A stretch of DNA of 50,367 bases, taken from positions 1 to 50,367 of the forward strand of contig PUMP01000049.1 in NCBI GenBank assembly GCA_003551425.1. Direction: 5' to 3'. Below, piece after piece: positions 18,251-27,922 of the stretch. The translations under genes and the position numbers were made by a program. Each line of letters starts with the position of its first letter. The first letter of the stretch is position 1. Source of the DNA: Candidatus Nealsonbacteria bacterium. Lineage in GTDB: Bacteria > Patescibacteriota > Minisyncoccia > Minisyncoccales > PWPS01. The notes below the pieces were generated by a model. That model was not told the DNA's origin. It saw only the letters and a program-made list of their open reading frames with translations, and ran no database searches.

Positions 18251-19373
18251 TTACAAAATAATATTTTCTGGCGGAGGAACCGGCGGGCACACGTTTCCTC
18301 TTATTGCAATAATTCGAGAGTTAAAAGAAATTTTTCCGGAAAACTTGGATATTTATTACATCGGACCAAAAGACAATATAACCAAGCCCTATATGGAAGA
18401 AGAGGGCGTAAAAGTAAAGCATGTTTTTACGGGAAAAGTAAGGAGATATTGGGATCTTAAGTCTTCTTTGCAAAATATAATTGATGTGCTTTTCAAAATT
18501 CCTATTGGAGTTATCCAGTCTATCTTTTATATCTTTTTTATCTCTCCCGACTTAGTGTTTAGTAAAGGGGGGTATGGATCGCTCCCTTGCGTTGTGGCAG
18601 GAAGAGTCTTTCAAGTGCCGGTTTTTTTGCATGAATCTGACAGCATCTTGGGAGCGGCTAACAATTTTCTGCAACGCTTTTCGGTGGAAGTATTTACTTC
18701 TTTTTCCGACACTAAAAAAGTTGATAACAACAAGATGGTTGTTGTAGGGAATCCGATAAGAAAAGAGATTTTAACAGGTGGCAGAGAAGAGGGAGAAAAG
18801 ATGTTCAATCTTCAAAAAGAAAAACCCTTACTTCTTATTATGGGTGGGTCACAGGGCAGTGAAAGGATAAATGACATTATCCTTCATGTATTAAATGAAA
18901 TGCTCGATTATTTTGAAATCATTCATCAGTGTGGCTCTCAGAACCATAAACACGTGTCTGCAGAATCTAACGCGATTATTACGGATAAAGAAATAAAAAA
19001 AGGATATCACCTTTATTCTTTACTAAATGAAGAGCAAATAAGACACGCCTACAAATTATCCGATCTTATTATAAGCAGAGCGGGGTCGGGGAGTATTTTT
19101 GAAATTGCAGCTGTCGGTAAGCCCAGTATCCTGCTTCCTCTTCCCGAATCCGCGCAAAATCATCAGGCAAGAAACGCTTATTTTTACAGCAGGACGGGGG
19201 CTGCAATTGTGCTGGAAGAAGAGAATCTAACACCACACTTCTTTTTAGACAGAGTAAAAGGCTTATTTTCTCCTCCCTTACAATTAAAGGCAATGAAAGA
19301 CAATACAGGCATATTTGCCAAGCCGAGAGCGGGAAAAGTTGTGGCTTCTTATATTAAAGAATACCTTATTTAA
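18237..19373 (+). CDS. murG: UDP-GlcNAc:lipid I N-acetylglucosaminyltransferase
   Basis: 'IIFSGGGTGGHTFPLIAI', 'GGSQGS' and 'SRAGSGSIFEIAAVGKPSILLPLP..A..HQ..NA'. I prefer the start at the internal ATG 18237 (MKKNSYK). Confidence 0.9.
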   Translation: MKKNSYKIIFSGGGTGGHTFPLIAIIRELKEIFPENLDIYYIGPKDNITKPYMEEEGVKVKHVFTGKVRRYWDLKSSLQNIIDVLFKIPIGVIQSIFYIFFISPDLVFSKGGYGSLPCVVAGRVFQVPVFLHESDSILGAANNFLQRFSVEVFTSFSDTKKVDNNKMVVVGNPIRKEILTGGREEGEKMFNLQKEKPLLLIMGGSQGSERINDIILHVLNEMLDYFEIIHQCGSQNHKHVSAESNAIITDKEIKKGYHLYSLLNEEQIRHAYKLSDLIISRAGSGSIFEIAAVGKPSILLPLPESAQNHQARNAYFYSRTGAAIVLEEENLTPHFFLDRVKGLFSPPLQLKAMKDNTGIFAKPRAGKVVASYIKEYLI

Positions 19374-19377
19374 AATA

Positions 19378-20931
19378 ATGAAGAAGAACAATAAAGTTCG
19401 AGTAAGATTTGCTCCGTCACCAACCGGTTACTTTCATATAGGGTCTGTAAGAACGGCGCTTTTTAATTATCTTTATGCAAGAAAAGAAAAAGGGATCTTT
19501 GTATTGCGTATTGAAGACACCGACACAGAAAGATCAAGGAGCGAGTACGAATCTGATATTATACGAAGTTTAAAATGGCTTGGGCTTCATTGGGATGAGG
19601 GAGTGACAGAAGAAGGAGAGGAGGGAGATTTTTCTCCTTATAGGCAAAGTGAAAGAGCCGACATTTATAAAAGATATGTTCATAAACTATTAGAAGAGGG
19701 AAAAGCTTATTACTGCTTTTGTGATAAAGAGAAGCTGGAAGAGAGCAGAACAAGACAAAAAGAAAAGGGCCTTCCTCCTCGTTACAACGGGGATTGTTCC
19801 GCTCTTTCCAAAGAAGAAAGAGAAAAACTGTTAAAGAAGAAAGATGATTACGTGATAAGAATGCGCATACCGAAAGAAGAAGAAATAGAGTTTGAAGATA
19901 TGATAAGGGGAAAGATAAAATTTGAAACAAAAGAAATCGGCGGAGATTTTGTAATAGCCCGTAAAGACTTTTCTCCTTTATATAATCTTGCTTGCGTGGT
20001 CGACGATCATGAAATGCAAATATCTCATATCATAAGAGGAGAAGACCACTTGTCCAACACCCCCAAGCAGATTCTAATACAAGAAGCGCTGGGCATTGAA
20101 GTTCCCAGATACGCACACCTTCCTCTTATTCTAGGCCCCGATAAGAGCAAACTAAGTAAGCGCCATGCCGCTGTCTCTGCTTATGAATATCGGGAGATGG
20201 GTTATCTTCCTGAGGCGTTACTTAATTTTATTGTTCTTTTGGGGTGGAATCCGGGAGATGATAGAGAGATTTACTCTCTCCGGGAAATGATTGAAGCTTT
20301 TAAGCTTGAACGTTGCCAGAAAAGCGGAGCAATCTTTAATATTGATAAGTTAAACTTTATAAACGGTCAGTATCTAAAAAATAAAACCGACGAAGAGTTT
20401 GCTGATCTTTGTATTCCTTATCTTATTAACTCCGGACTTATAGAGGCTCGTTTTAAAGAGGATCAATATCCACCGGCATATGGAGGAATGCAAGCAAAAA
20501 CAACTTATTTTATTCCCGAGAGGAAAGAGGACATAAGCTCTCAAAGAATTAAAGAGATTGTTGCACTTTACAAGGAAAAGGTTAAAATATTATCCGAAGT
20601 AAGCAAAGAGGTTGATTTCTTTTTTAAGAAGGAATTAAATTATGATAAAGACTTGCTTTTCTGGAAAAAGATGACAACGGAAGAAGTGATAGGTTCTCTT
20701 GACAGGTCTATAGAAATAATATCTAATTTAAAAAAATGGGAAAAACCGAATATAGAAAAGGGTTTAATGAAAGAAGCGGAGAAAGAAGGGGATAGAGGGA
20801 GGGTATTATGGCCTTTCCGTGCCGCTATTACCGGCAAAAAGGCTTCTGCAGGGCCGATTGACGTTGCCGTGGTACTTGGATCCAAAGAGACTTTAAAACG
20901 CCTTAAAATGGCTAAAAACAAGCTTTTATGA
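19378..20931 (+). CDS. gltX: Glutamyl-tRNA synthetase
   Basis: 'VRFAPSPTGYFHIGSVRTALFNYL' (HIGH motif) and 'KLSKRH' (KMSKS motif). Start chosen at 19378, just after the murG stop. Confidence 0.9.
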   Translation: MKKNNKVRVRFAPSPTGYFHIGSVRTALFNYLYARKEKGIFVLRIEDTDTERSRSEYESDIIRSLKWLGLHWDEGVTEEGEEGDFSPYRQSERADIYKRYVHKLLEEGKAYYCFCDKEKLEESRTRQKEKGLPPRYNGDCSALSKEEREKLLKKKDDYVIRMRIPKEEEIEFEDMIRGKIKFETKEIGGDFVIARKDFSPLYNLACVVDDHEMQISHIIRGEDHLSNTPKQILIQEALGIEVPRYAHLPLILGPDKSKLSKRHAAVSAYEYREMGYLPEALLNFIVLLGWNPGDDREIYSLREMIEAFKLERCQKSGAIFNIDKLNFINGQYLKNKTDEEFADLCIPYLINSGLIEARFKEDQYPPAYGGMQAKTTYFIPERKEDISSQRIKEIVALYKEKVKILSEVSKEVDFFFKKELNYDKDLLFWKKMTTEEVIGSLDRSIEIISNLKKWEKPNIEKGLMKEAEKEGDRGRVLWPFRAAITGKKASAGPIDVAVVLGSKETLKRLKMAKNKLL

Positions 20932-21215
20932 TAAAGACTTTTGTTATAGTAATATTAATTGTTTTTTGCATACACTTTGTAGCGGTATATACTGGATTAA
21001 TCGAGGAGCCGTCCGGGAGAGTCGGGGGATCGACTTATCACTTTATAAAAAGATATGTTGATATTCCGGTAGAGTGGGTAGAAAATTTTATAGATGAAAG
21101 GAAAAGAGCCCTTGAAGAAGAGGTGGAAAGAGAAAAGCGAGAGATAGAAGAAGGAGTCAGAGAGACCGGTAGAGGCTTATGGAACAGGATAGGCACATTT
21201 ATATTCGGGGAGTGA
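20928..21215 (+). CDS. Hypothetical small membrane protein
   Basis: ATGA overlap with gltX. It has an N-terminal TM helix and a charged coiled tail. Confidence 0.45.
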   Translation: MIKTFVIVILIVFCIHFVAVYTGLIEEPSGRVGGSTYHFIKRYVDIPVEWVENFIDERKRALEEEVEREKREIEEGVRETGRGLWNRIGTFIFGE

Positions 21216-21256
21216 TAAATGATACTTCGCATAAGATAACTTTACCGAAGTTTGAG

Positions 21257-22216
21257 ATGAAAAAAAGCAATCAAACAATAATCCAACACATGTCTCGTTT
21301 TTTTGAATACCTGGATATCGAGAAAGGTGTTTCTAATAAAACTCAAGAAACTTACTCACGTTTTTTGCAGAGCTTTGTCCGTTGGCTTGAAGAAAATAAT
21401 TTAAAAGAATTAAAACCGCATCAATTAACTGAAGATCATATTTGGAAGTATCGTGTCTCTCTTTCTCGTCGAGTTAACTCAAAGACCAAAGAACCAATCA
21501 AAAAGTCAACTCGTAACTATTATCTTATTGCCCTACGCGCACTACTAAGCTATTTTGCCGATCGTGATATCTTTTCTTTGCCCGCAGAGAAAGTAAAATT
21601 AACCAAGGAAGGAAAAGAGCGTAATGTAAAGTTTTTAGAGCTCGATCAGATTATAAAGCTTTTTAGTTCCATTGATACATCAACGCGCGTAGGATTGCGT
21701 GATCGCGCTATAATGGAAACCCTTTTCTCTACCGGTCTTCGTGTCGCTGAGCTTGTTTCCTTGGATCGTGAGCAGATTAAAATAAAGAAAGATACCGATA
21801 TTCTGGAGGTGGTTATTGTCGGTAAAGGAGATTATCCGCGTACGGTTTATTTTTCCAAGCGAGCCGTAAACGCTTTACGTAATTACCTTAATACAAGAAA
21901 AGATAAAGAAAAGCCTCTCTTTATCCGTTATAAAGGCCCTAAAACATCCTCTAAGAGGCTTACGCCCCGCTCTGTGGAAGGTATCGTAAAAAAGTATGCA
22001 AAAAAAGCCGGTATACCGATAACAACAACTCCGCATACATTGCGCCATACTTATGCTACGGATCTTTTAGCTCAAGGCGTTGATTTAAGAGTAATTCAGG
22101 AATTTTTGGGTCATCGAAATATCGCCACTACTCAGGTTTATACCCATATTACCAGCCAAAAATTACGTGATATTCATCGTGAATTTCATAGCGGGAAAAA
22201 TATGAAAGAAGAATAA
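21257..22216 (+). CDS. Tyrosine site-specific recombinase (XerC/XerD family)
   Basis: SAM-like N-domain ('YLDIEKGVSNKTQETYSRFLQSF'). Catalytic residues appear in 'ETLFSTGLRVAELVSL', 'HTLRHTYATDLL' and 'LGHRNIATTQVYTH'. Confidence 0.85.
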   Translation: MKKSNQTIIQHMSRFFEYLDIEKGVSNKTQETYSRFLQSFVRWLEENNLKELKPHQLTEDHIWKYRVSLSRRVNSKTKEPIKKSTRNYYLIALRALLSYFADRDIFSLPAEKVKLTKEGKERNVKFLELDQIIKLFSSIDTSTRVGLRDRAIMETLFSTGLRVAELVSLDREQIKIKKDTDILEVVIVGKGDYPRTVYFSKRAVNALRNYLNTRKDKEKPLFIRYKGPKTSSKRLTPRSVEGIVKKYAKKAGIPITTTPHTLRHTYATDLLAQGVDLRVIQEFLGHRNIATTQVYTHITSQKLRDIHREFHSGKNMKEE

Positions 22217-22263
22217 CTTCTCTCCCCTCCTTTAGTAGAGTCACTTTTCTTTCTTGACAAATA

Positions 22264-22476
22264 TTATATTAATTGTCTAACAAAAATATTCTCTTCCAGC
22301 GAAGACTCTTCGTATTTCGGGATTTCGTATTGAAGCGATTCTTTTTCTTCCATTTTAGCCGTTATATAGCCAAGCGAAAAGGAAAACATACAAGCCAAAA
22401 TTACTGCTATAAGAAGCAATATGTCTGCCTTATTAATTTTGACAAATTTTCTTAATTTTGGTAATATATCTTGCAT
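22264..22476 (-). CDS. Hypothetical small membrane protein
   Basis: 70-aa ORF from the internal ATG with one TM helix. Its 5' region coincides with the rpmA promoter on the other strand, so it may not be a real gene. Confidence 0.3.
   Translation of the reverse strand: MQDILPKLRKFVKINKADILLLIAVILACMFSFSLGYITAKMEEKESLQYEIPKYEESSLEENIFVRQLI
22439..22467 (+). promoter_or_regulatory. Candidate sigma70 promoter of rpmA (TTGACA-17-TAATAT)
   Basis: Read directly: TTGACAaattttcttaattttggTAATAT, about 32 nt upstream of the rpmA ATG. Confidence 0.5.
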
Positions 22477-22499
22477 AATAAATATTATTTTTAAAAAAT

Positions 22500-22772
22500 A
22501 TGGCAAAAACAAAATCAGCGGGTACAGTAAAAACTGGCAGAGATTCCAAGCCTAAGTATTTAGGGGTTAAGCTTTTTGGAGGACAGAAAGTAAAGATGAG
22601 TGATATTATCATACGCCAGAAAGGAACTAAATATATCCCCGGAAAAAACGTTAAAGTGGGCAGAGACAACACTATTTATGCCGCAAAAGACGGGGTTGTT
22701 AAGTTTTCTACAAAGCGGAAAACCTGTTTTAACGGGAAACAAAAAAGGGTTAGCGTGGTTAGCGTTGTATAG
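22500..22772 (+). CDS. rpmA: 50S ribosomal protein L27
   Basis: 'MAKTKSAGTVKTGRDSKPKYLGVKLFGGQKV..IIIRQKGTKYIPGKNVKVGRDNTIYA', the canonical L27 sequence. Confidence 0.95.
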   Translation: MAKTKSAGTVKTGRDSKPKYLGVKLFGGQKVKMSDIIIRQKGTKYIPGKNVKVGRDNTIYAAKDGVVKFSTKRKTCFNGKQKRVSVVSVV

Positions 22773-24381
22773 ACTTTTTAATAAACTCCGAAAATAAAGG
22801 ATGAGGAGAAAGAGGTCTTGATTTATATTCCGGATGAAACTGCACTCCTACAAAGAAGGGGTGTTTTTTAATTTCTACAATTTCTATAAGATTATGGTCC
22901 GGGTTTACTCCCGATATAATCAAGCCCTTCTTTTCCAGGTCTTCTCGGTATTCGTTATTTACTTCAAATCGATGGCGGTGACGTTCATCTATCTCTTTTC
23001 TTTTGTAAGCCTTAAAGCTTGTTGTTTTCGGCTTAATATTGCACTTATATGACCCAAGCCTCATGGTTCCTCCATAGCTTTTTCTTTTCAGTATGCTTTT
23101 TTGGTCAGGCATAACGTCTATTATTGGATGAGTGCAATTTTTTTCGAATTCAGACGAAGAAGCATCTTTTATTTTACAAACATTTCTTGCAAACTCGATT
23201 ACGGCAAGCTGCATCCCAAGACAAAGTCCCAAGAAAGGAATATTGTTTTTTCGGCAGTATTTTATTACATTAATCTTTCCCTCAACGCCTCTTGTGCCAA
23301 ATCCTCCGGGAATAATTATCCCGTCGTATTGTTTAAGCTCTTTAACGGCTTTCTCATCTTTTTCATATTTTTCGGCGGAAAGCCAAACGATCTCTTCTTT
23401 ATGGTTCAAATTCCAAGAAGCGTGTTTTATCGCCTCTATAACAGAAAGATAGGAATCGGTGAGAACGAAGTCCCCTGTTTCGAAATATTTTCCAACAATA
23501 GCGATTCTGACCTTCTTTTTCAAATTCTTCATTTGAGTAATGAAGTTTTTCCACTCAGAAAGATCTTTCTTTTTTTTCTTTAATTCAAGTTTTTTCAATA
23601 TCTTCTCCCCTGTCTTTTCTTTATCTAAAAGTAACGGTATCTCATAAATGGATTCTAAGTCCGGTGCTGAGATCACATCATCGGGCTCAATATTGCAAAA
23701 TGTTGATATTTTTTCTTTTCTTGTTTCATCAATGGGATGCGATGATCTTCCAACAATTATATCCGGTTGTATTCCTGCTTCATTTAAAATTCGATTTGCG
23801 TTTTGTGTTGGTTTTGTCTTCATCTCTCCGATGGTGCTTGGTATTGGTAAGTAACTGACCAAAACAAAAAGCACATCTTTTGGATTCTTAAGATGCATCA
23901 TTCTTGCAGCTTCCAAGAAAAGAAGATTCTGGTACTCTCCTACCGTTCCGCCTATTTCTATTAAAACAAAATCGGCATCCGCTTCTTTACCCGCTTTCTT
24001 AATTCGTGCAATAGTTTCGTTTGGAATGTGAGGAACAACCTCCACGCACTTTCCTTTATACTCCAGGTTTCGCTCTTTATTGATCACGCTTTGATATACT
24101 TTTCCCGTGGTAAGATAATTATTTTTATTTAAACTTTTTTCGGAAAATCTTTCGTAATTTCCTATATCTTGGTCACACTCTCCCCCATCATCGGTAACAA
24201 ATATCTCTCCATGCTCTACCGGGTTCATGGTTCCGGCATCGACGTTTACGTAAGGATCAATTTTCATCGCTGTTGCCTTATATCCTTTTGATTGGAGAAT
24301 GAGCAAGATAGATGCCGTGGTAACGCCCTTGCCGATACCCGACATTACTCCCCCCGTAACAAAGATATATTTTTGTTTCAT
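22759..24381 (-). CDS. pyrG: CTP synthase
   Basis: '[22 protein letters not shown]', '[23 protein letters not shown]', and the GATase domain '[12 protein letters not shown]' and 'HRHRFEVN'. Confidence 0.95.
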   Translation of the reverse strand: MKQKYIFVTGGVMSGIGKGVTTASILLILQSKGYKATAMKIDPYVNVDAGTMNPVEHGEIFVTDDGGECDQDIGNYERFSEKSLNKNNYLTTGKVYQSVINKERNLEYKGKCVEVVPHIPNETIARIKKAGKEADADFVLIEIGGTVGEYQNLLFLEAARMMHLKNPKDVLFVLVSYLPIPSTIGEMKTKPTQNANRILNEAGIQPDIIVGRSSHPIDETRKEKISTFCNIEPDDVISAPDLESIYEIPLLLDKEKTGEKILKKLELKKKKKDLSEWKNFITQMKNLKKKVRIAIVGKYFETGDFVLTDSYLSVIEAIKHASWNLNHKEEIVWLSAEKYEKDEKAVKELKQYDGIIIPGGFGTRGVEGKINVIKYCRKNNIPFLGLCLGMQLAVIEFARNVCKIKDASSSEFEKNCTHPIIDVMPDQKSILKRKSYGGTMRLGSYKCNIKPKTTSFKAYKRKEIDERHRHRFEVNNEYREDLEKKGLIISGVNPDHNLIEIVEIKKHPFFVGVQFHPEYKSRPLSPHPLFSEFIKKSIQR

Positions 24382-24824
24382 TTTTCTTCAACGATAATTA
24401 ATTTAATCTTTGCACTTACGTTTTTGGCAAAATCAAGTTTAATTACAAATTCTCCCAGCTCTTTAATCGGCTCTTCAAGATTAATATTTTCTTTTTCAAT
24501 ATTAAGGCCTTCATCTTTCATTTTTTCAGCTATTTTTATTGCGGTAATCGATTCAAATAATTGGCCCTTCTCCCCTATCTTCATTTTAATTTTAATCTCT
24601 TTTCCGTCTATTTTCTTTGCCATTTTTTCGACCTCCTTTAACTCTTCTTCTTTTTTCCTCGCCTCCTCTTCTTTCTTTCTGTTTGCCATTGCAACATCTT
24701 TTTCTGTTGCCACTTTAGCCAGTTTTTGTTTTAATAGAAAATTTCTTCCGTAACCGTCAGAAACTTCTTTTATCTCGTATTTCTTTCCTAGATTTTTTAT
24801 GTCTTTTAGAAGTATTATGCGCAT
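24378..24824 (-). CDS. rplI: 50S ribosomal protein L9
   Basis: '[36 protein letters not shown]', the canonical L9 N-domain. Confidence 0.9.
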   Translation of the reverse strand: MRIILLKDIKNLGKKYEIKEVSDGYGRNFLLKQKLAKVATEKDVAMANRKKEEEARKKEEELKEVEKMAKKIDGKEIKIKMKIGEKGQLFESITAIKIAEKMKDEGLNIEKENINLEEPIKELGEFVIKLDFAKNVSAKIKLIIVEEK

Positions 24825-24825
24825 A

Positions 24826-25989
24826 TTATAATTCTTTTATTATTGCTATAGCTTTCTTAAGTTGCGGATCTTTTTCTTTCTCAAAATCTTCTTCCGTAAT
24901 TTCAACTTCAAAATCAGGAACTATGCCTTTCTCTTCGATGGGCGTTCCGTCTGGCGTTAGCCAGTGACTTTTTGTTATTTTAAGAGAGGAGCCGTCTTTA
25001 AGGTTATACAGCGATTGAATTGATCCTTTTCCAAAAGAGGTTTGTCCTATTATTTTTACGCCCCTATTGTCTCTTAGTGCGCCTGCAAGTATCTCTGATC
25101 CCGAGGCCGATCCTTCGTTTATAAGTATCACTGTCGGATAATTTGAAAAAATTGCAGTTCTTGTCGCCTGTAACTTTTCTTGTTTTCCGTCTTGCTCGTT
25201 AATAACGATGGTCTCTCCTTTCTCTAAGAACCAGTCAGAGATGCTCAGTACTATACTTAAAGATCCTCCCGGATTTCCCCTTAAATCAATAATTATTCTT
25301 TCTGCGGGGCTCTTTATAATTTCTTGTGCTGCCTGAGAGAATTCTTGAGTCATTCCTGCATGAAAGTGGTAAAGCTGGATATATGCGATATTGTCTTCCT
25401 TAATTTCCCAGGAAATGGATGGGATTTGAATAACGTCTCTAATAATTGTTATGTCTTTTTCTTCTTCATTGCGTATAATGCCTAAAACTACCGGCTCTCC
25501 CTTTGGGCCTCTAATTTTACTTACCGCTATTCCAAGAGACATTCTTTCCGTACTTTCTCCGTCTATACTTTTGATGATGTCACCTGTTTGGATTCCCGCC
25601 CTTTTAGCCGGAGTTCCTTCAATGGGAGAAATTACCTTTATTTTCTCATCTCTTTTGCCTATCTCCATGCCTACTCCTTCAAATTCGCCCGACATTCTCT
25701 CCGAGAATGCTTCCGTCTCTTCTTCGTCTAAAAATGATGTATGAGGATCGTTAAGAGCTTCTATCATCCCCGAAATAGCGCCGTGAACAATCTCTTTGTT
25801 CTCTATCTCATTAAACATCAAAAAGTTGTCTTTTAGCTTGTAATAAGCGTCCCAAAAAAGAGAAAAGTCAATGTCTTCTTCCGGGTAAACAATGACTCTT
25901 TTCTCTTTCCCCAAATAAAAACCGGAGGCGAAAATAAGCACTCCAAGGATGGATATTATGGAAATTTTTAGTATTTTTTTTATCGACAT
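24826..25989 (-). CDS. Carboxy-terminal processing peptidase (S41, with PDZ domain)
   Basis: N-terminal TM helix, a PDZ-like segment ('[20 protein letters not shown]'), '[10 protein letters not shown]', '[12 protein letters not shown]' and 'TSFGKGS'. Confidence 0.85.
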   Translation of the reverse strand: MSIKKILKISIISILGVLIFASGFYLGKEKRVIVYPEEDIDFSLFWDAYYKLKDNFLMFNEIENKEIVHGAISGMIEALNDPHTSFLDEEETEAFSERMSGEFEGVGMEIGKRDEKIKVISPIEGTPAKRAGIQTGDIIKSIDGESTERMSLGIAVSKIRGPKGEPVVLGIIRNEEEKDITIIRDVIQIPSISWEIKEDNIAYIQLYHFHAGMTQEFSQAAQEIIKSPAERIIIDLRGNPGGSLSIVLSISDWFLEKGETIVINEQDGKQEKLQATRTAIFSNYPTVILINEGSASGSEILAGALRDNRGVKIIGQTSFGKGSIQSLYNLKDGSSLKITKSHWLTPDGTPIEEKGIVPDFEVEITEEDFEKEKDPQLKKAIAIIKEL

Positions 25990-25996
25990 CTTCCTT

Positions 25997-26005
25997 AATA
26001 TATCA
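25997..26005 (-). promoter_or_regulatory. Extended -10 (TGATATATT) 7 nt upstream of the ctpA-like ATG; candidate leaderless promoter
   Basis: The minus strand reads TTGCACttcatttattttgTGATATATTaaggaagATG. Confidence 0.4.
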
Positions 26006-26033
26006 CAAAATAAATGAAGTGCAAATCTTTATT

Positions 26034-26065
26034 AAAAAAGTAAGCCGGAACTTATAAGTCCGGCT
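26034..26065 (-). terminator. Rho-independent terminator
   Basis: The minus strand reads AAGCCGGActtataagtTCCGGCTTacTTTTTT. The 5' arm of the stem overlaps the last codons of the 87-aa ORF. Confidence 0.65.
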
Positions 26066-26315
26066 TGTCCTCAAAGAACATGTTAATTTTTTTTCTTAAT
26101 CCCGGGTTATCTTTTGCTGCCATAACAAGTGGTATATGACTGTAGTATTTTTTCTCATCTCTTAGCACCAAAAGATACCTTAGGGCGCTCATAATATTTT
26201 TTGGCGTTAATTCCGATTCCATCAAAAGATTATATTCTTTTTCTATCTCTCTAACAATCTTTTTTATAAGACCCCTTCTCCTTGACATTTTTGCCAGCAA
26301 AAAAGATTCCAACAA
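26052..26315 (-). CDS. Hypothetical 78-87 aa protein
   Basis: ORF in a small transcription unit bounded by a consensus promoter and a terminator. The start is uncertain (26315 or the internal ATG at 26288). Confidence 0.4.
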   Translation of the reverse strand: MLESFLLAKMSRRRGLIKKIVREIEKEYNLLMESELTPKNIMSALRYLLVLRDEKKYYSHIPLVMAAKDNPGLRKKINMFFEDKPDL

Positions 26316-26422
26316 TTTATTTTTTTTATATAAATTGAAAGAAGCTTTTTCAAAAAACCAAGGAAAAGGAAAAACCAGTAAAAAAACAAAAATAACGCCA
26401 AAAAAACGATGAAACTACCCAT
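26264..26422 (-). CDS. Hypothetical 52-aa hydrophobic peptide (not in the supplied ORF track)
   Basis: Hand translation gives MGSFIVFLALFLFFYWFFLFLGFLKKLLSIYIKKINCWNLFCWQKCQGEGVL*. A perfect SD (AAGGAGGTG) lies 5 nt upstream of the ATG, and a consensus promoter lies upstream of that. Confidence 0.45.
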   Translation of the reverse strand: MGSFIVFLALFLFFYWFFLFLGFLKKLLSIYIKKINCWNLFCWQKCQGEGVL

Positions 26423-26446
26423 TTCCACACCTCCTTAATGGTTTTT

Positions 26447-26475
26447 ATTATAATACAATAATTATATTAAGTCAA
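26447..26475 (-). promoter_or_regulatory. Near-consensus sigma70 promoter (TTGACT-17-TATAAT)
   Basis: The minus strand reads TTGACTtaatataattattgtatTATAATaaaaaccattAAGGAGGTGtggaaATG. Confidence 0.6.
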
Positions 26476-26476
26476 T

Positions 26477-26500
26477 AAAAAAACAGAGGCTTATCCCCTG
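26477..26500 (-). terminator. Rho-independent terminator after the 227-aa ORF
   Basis: The minus strand reads CAGGGGataagCCTCTGTTTTTTT (one G.U pair). Confidence 0.55.
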
Positions 26501-26522
26501 CTTTTGTAGCCACGAAAAAATA

Positions 26523-27206
26523 TCAACCAATAGTTTCCGGAAGAATTTCAATTAATTCTTTTTTTGCTTGTATTACATAAGGATCGTTCTCTAGTAAATC
26601 TTCAATATGTTTGTCAATATCATCAATGATACCTTTGTGTCTTTCTTCGTTAAAAAAATCTTTTAAAACCCTTTCTTTTTCTCTTACATATTTTTCGTGT
26701 CGTTTTATAACTCTTTCCAAATAACCCGGAGATTCTATTCTTTCTTTTTCTTCCGCCTTTATTTCTATATTTTCTTGCCCGTAAACTTCTTCAAAAGCCT
26801 CTTTAATGGCATTGAAGCGAGAATCTGTGGATTCAATATAGCTATATTGGTTACCTTCTTCCTGAAGAGTATAACATGTTAGCGGATTGGAATCTCTTTT
26901 TTCATAAACTTCCAGAATATTGTTATTTTCCGGGAGAGGTTCACACCCCAATCCCATGTCTTCGGTTATTTTCTTTACTTTTTCCAGTGCTTTCTGATTT
27001 TTCGGGGCTATGATTTCATAAACACTTCTGCCTTGCGTTTCTCTTCCCACTTTTACTGCACTTAAAAAATGCTCTATTTCTTTCTTTACTTCATCACCCC
27101 CCTGCTCTTCATAAAATTTTTGTTTTCTATGTTGTTTCTCTTCTTCATTCAAGTCCTCTGATTCTTCCTTATTTTGTTCGATATTGTTTTTGTCTTCTTC
27201 ACTCAT
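26523..27206 (-). CDS. Hypothetical acidic protein (227 aa)
   Basis: Long ORF with its own TGTTATAAT promoter element and its own terminator. No family recognised. Confidence 0.5.
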   Translation of the reverse strand: MSEEDKNNIEQNKEESEDLNEEEKQHRKQKFYEEQGGDEVKKEIEHFLSAVKVGRETQGRSVYEIIAPKNQKALEKVKKITEDMGLGCEPLPENNNILEVYEKRDSNPLTCYTLQEEGNQYSYIESTDSRFNAIKEAFEEVYGQENIEIKAEEKERIESPGYLERVIKRHEKYVREKERVLKDFFNEERHKGIIDDIDKHIEDLLENDPYVIQAKKELIEILPETIG

Positions 27207-27231
27207 AAATGATTTAAGTTATTATACTTTT

Positions 27232-27240
27232 ATTATAACA
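27232..27240 (-). promoter_or_regulatory. Extended -10 (TGTTATAAT) about 25 nt upstream of the 227-aa ORF
   Basis: The reverse complement of 27232-27240 is TGTTATAAT. Confidence 0.4.
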
Positions 27241-27252
27241 TTGTTTTATCAT

Positions 27253-27284
27253 AAAAAAAGAGCTCTTTTTTGAGCTCTTTTTTT
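27253..27284. terminator. Bidirectional rho-independent terminator
   Basis: AAAAAAAGAGCTCttttttGAGCTCTTTTTTT. The stem is flanked by an A-run and a T-run, and it follows the rubrerythrin stop on the minus strand. Confidence 0.7.
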
Positions 27285-27299
27285 GAATTAATGAAATTT

Positions 27300-27887
27300 T
27301 TAGAAATTTTCGCACTTAATTTGAAAGTGCTCTTTGGGATGATCGCAAGAAGGGCACATTTCAGGGGGAGTTTTCCCTACGTGTTCTCTTCCACATTCAA
27401 GGCAATACCAGACAACATCTGTTTCCTTTTCAAAAATTGTCCCATTTTCTATTTCTTTTAATAATTTTGCGTATCGCTCTTCGTGGTGTTTTTCAGAATC
27501 AGCGATTGCTCTTAACCTGTTAGCTATTTCTTGATGCCCCTCTTCTTCCGCTGTTTTCGCAAACTCCGGATACATCTGAGTATATTCATGGTGTTCTCCT
27601 TCAATCGCTGATTTTAGATTCTCCGTCGTACTGCCGAATGTTGTGGGACATCCTGTCTCAACTTCAATTTCTGATAGCTCATCAGCGCCTTTTTGGCTTT
27701 TTAACTGATTAATCATTCTCATTATCCATTTTGCATGTTGATGTTCGTGGTTGGCGGTTTCAATAAAAATATTTTGAATCTGAACAAAACCGTCTTTTTT
27801 TGCTTGTTTAGCGTAAAAATTATAACGGTTTCTTGCCTGGCTTTCACCAATAAATGCTTTAGCTAAATTTTTTAATGTTTTTTCCAT
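27300..27887 (-). CDS. rbr: Rubrerythrin
   Basis: Ferritin-like E..ExxH motifs ('ESQARNRY', '[12 protein letters not shown]', 'IEGEHHEY', 'EKHHEERY') plus a C-terminal rubredoxin-like 'CLECG...CPSCDHP'. Start chosen at MEKTLKNL. Confidence 0.9.
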   Translation of the reverse strand: MEKTLKNLAKAFIGESQARNRYNFYAKQAKKDGFVQIQNIFIETANHEHQHAKWIMRMINQLKSQKGADELSEIEVETGCPTTFGSTTENLKSAIEGEHHEYTQMYPEFAKTAEEEGHQEIANRLRAIADSEKHHEERYAKLLKEIENGTIFEKETDVVWYCLECGREHVGKTPPEMCPSCDHPKEHFQIKCENF

Positions 27888-27922
27888 AATTTTTTGTTTT
27901 TTAAGTTTAATAAAAGACCTTT

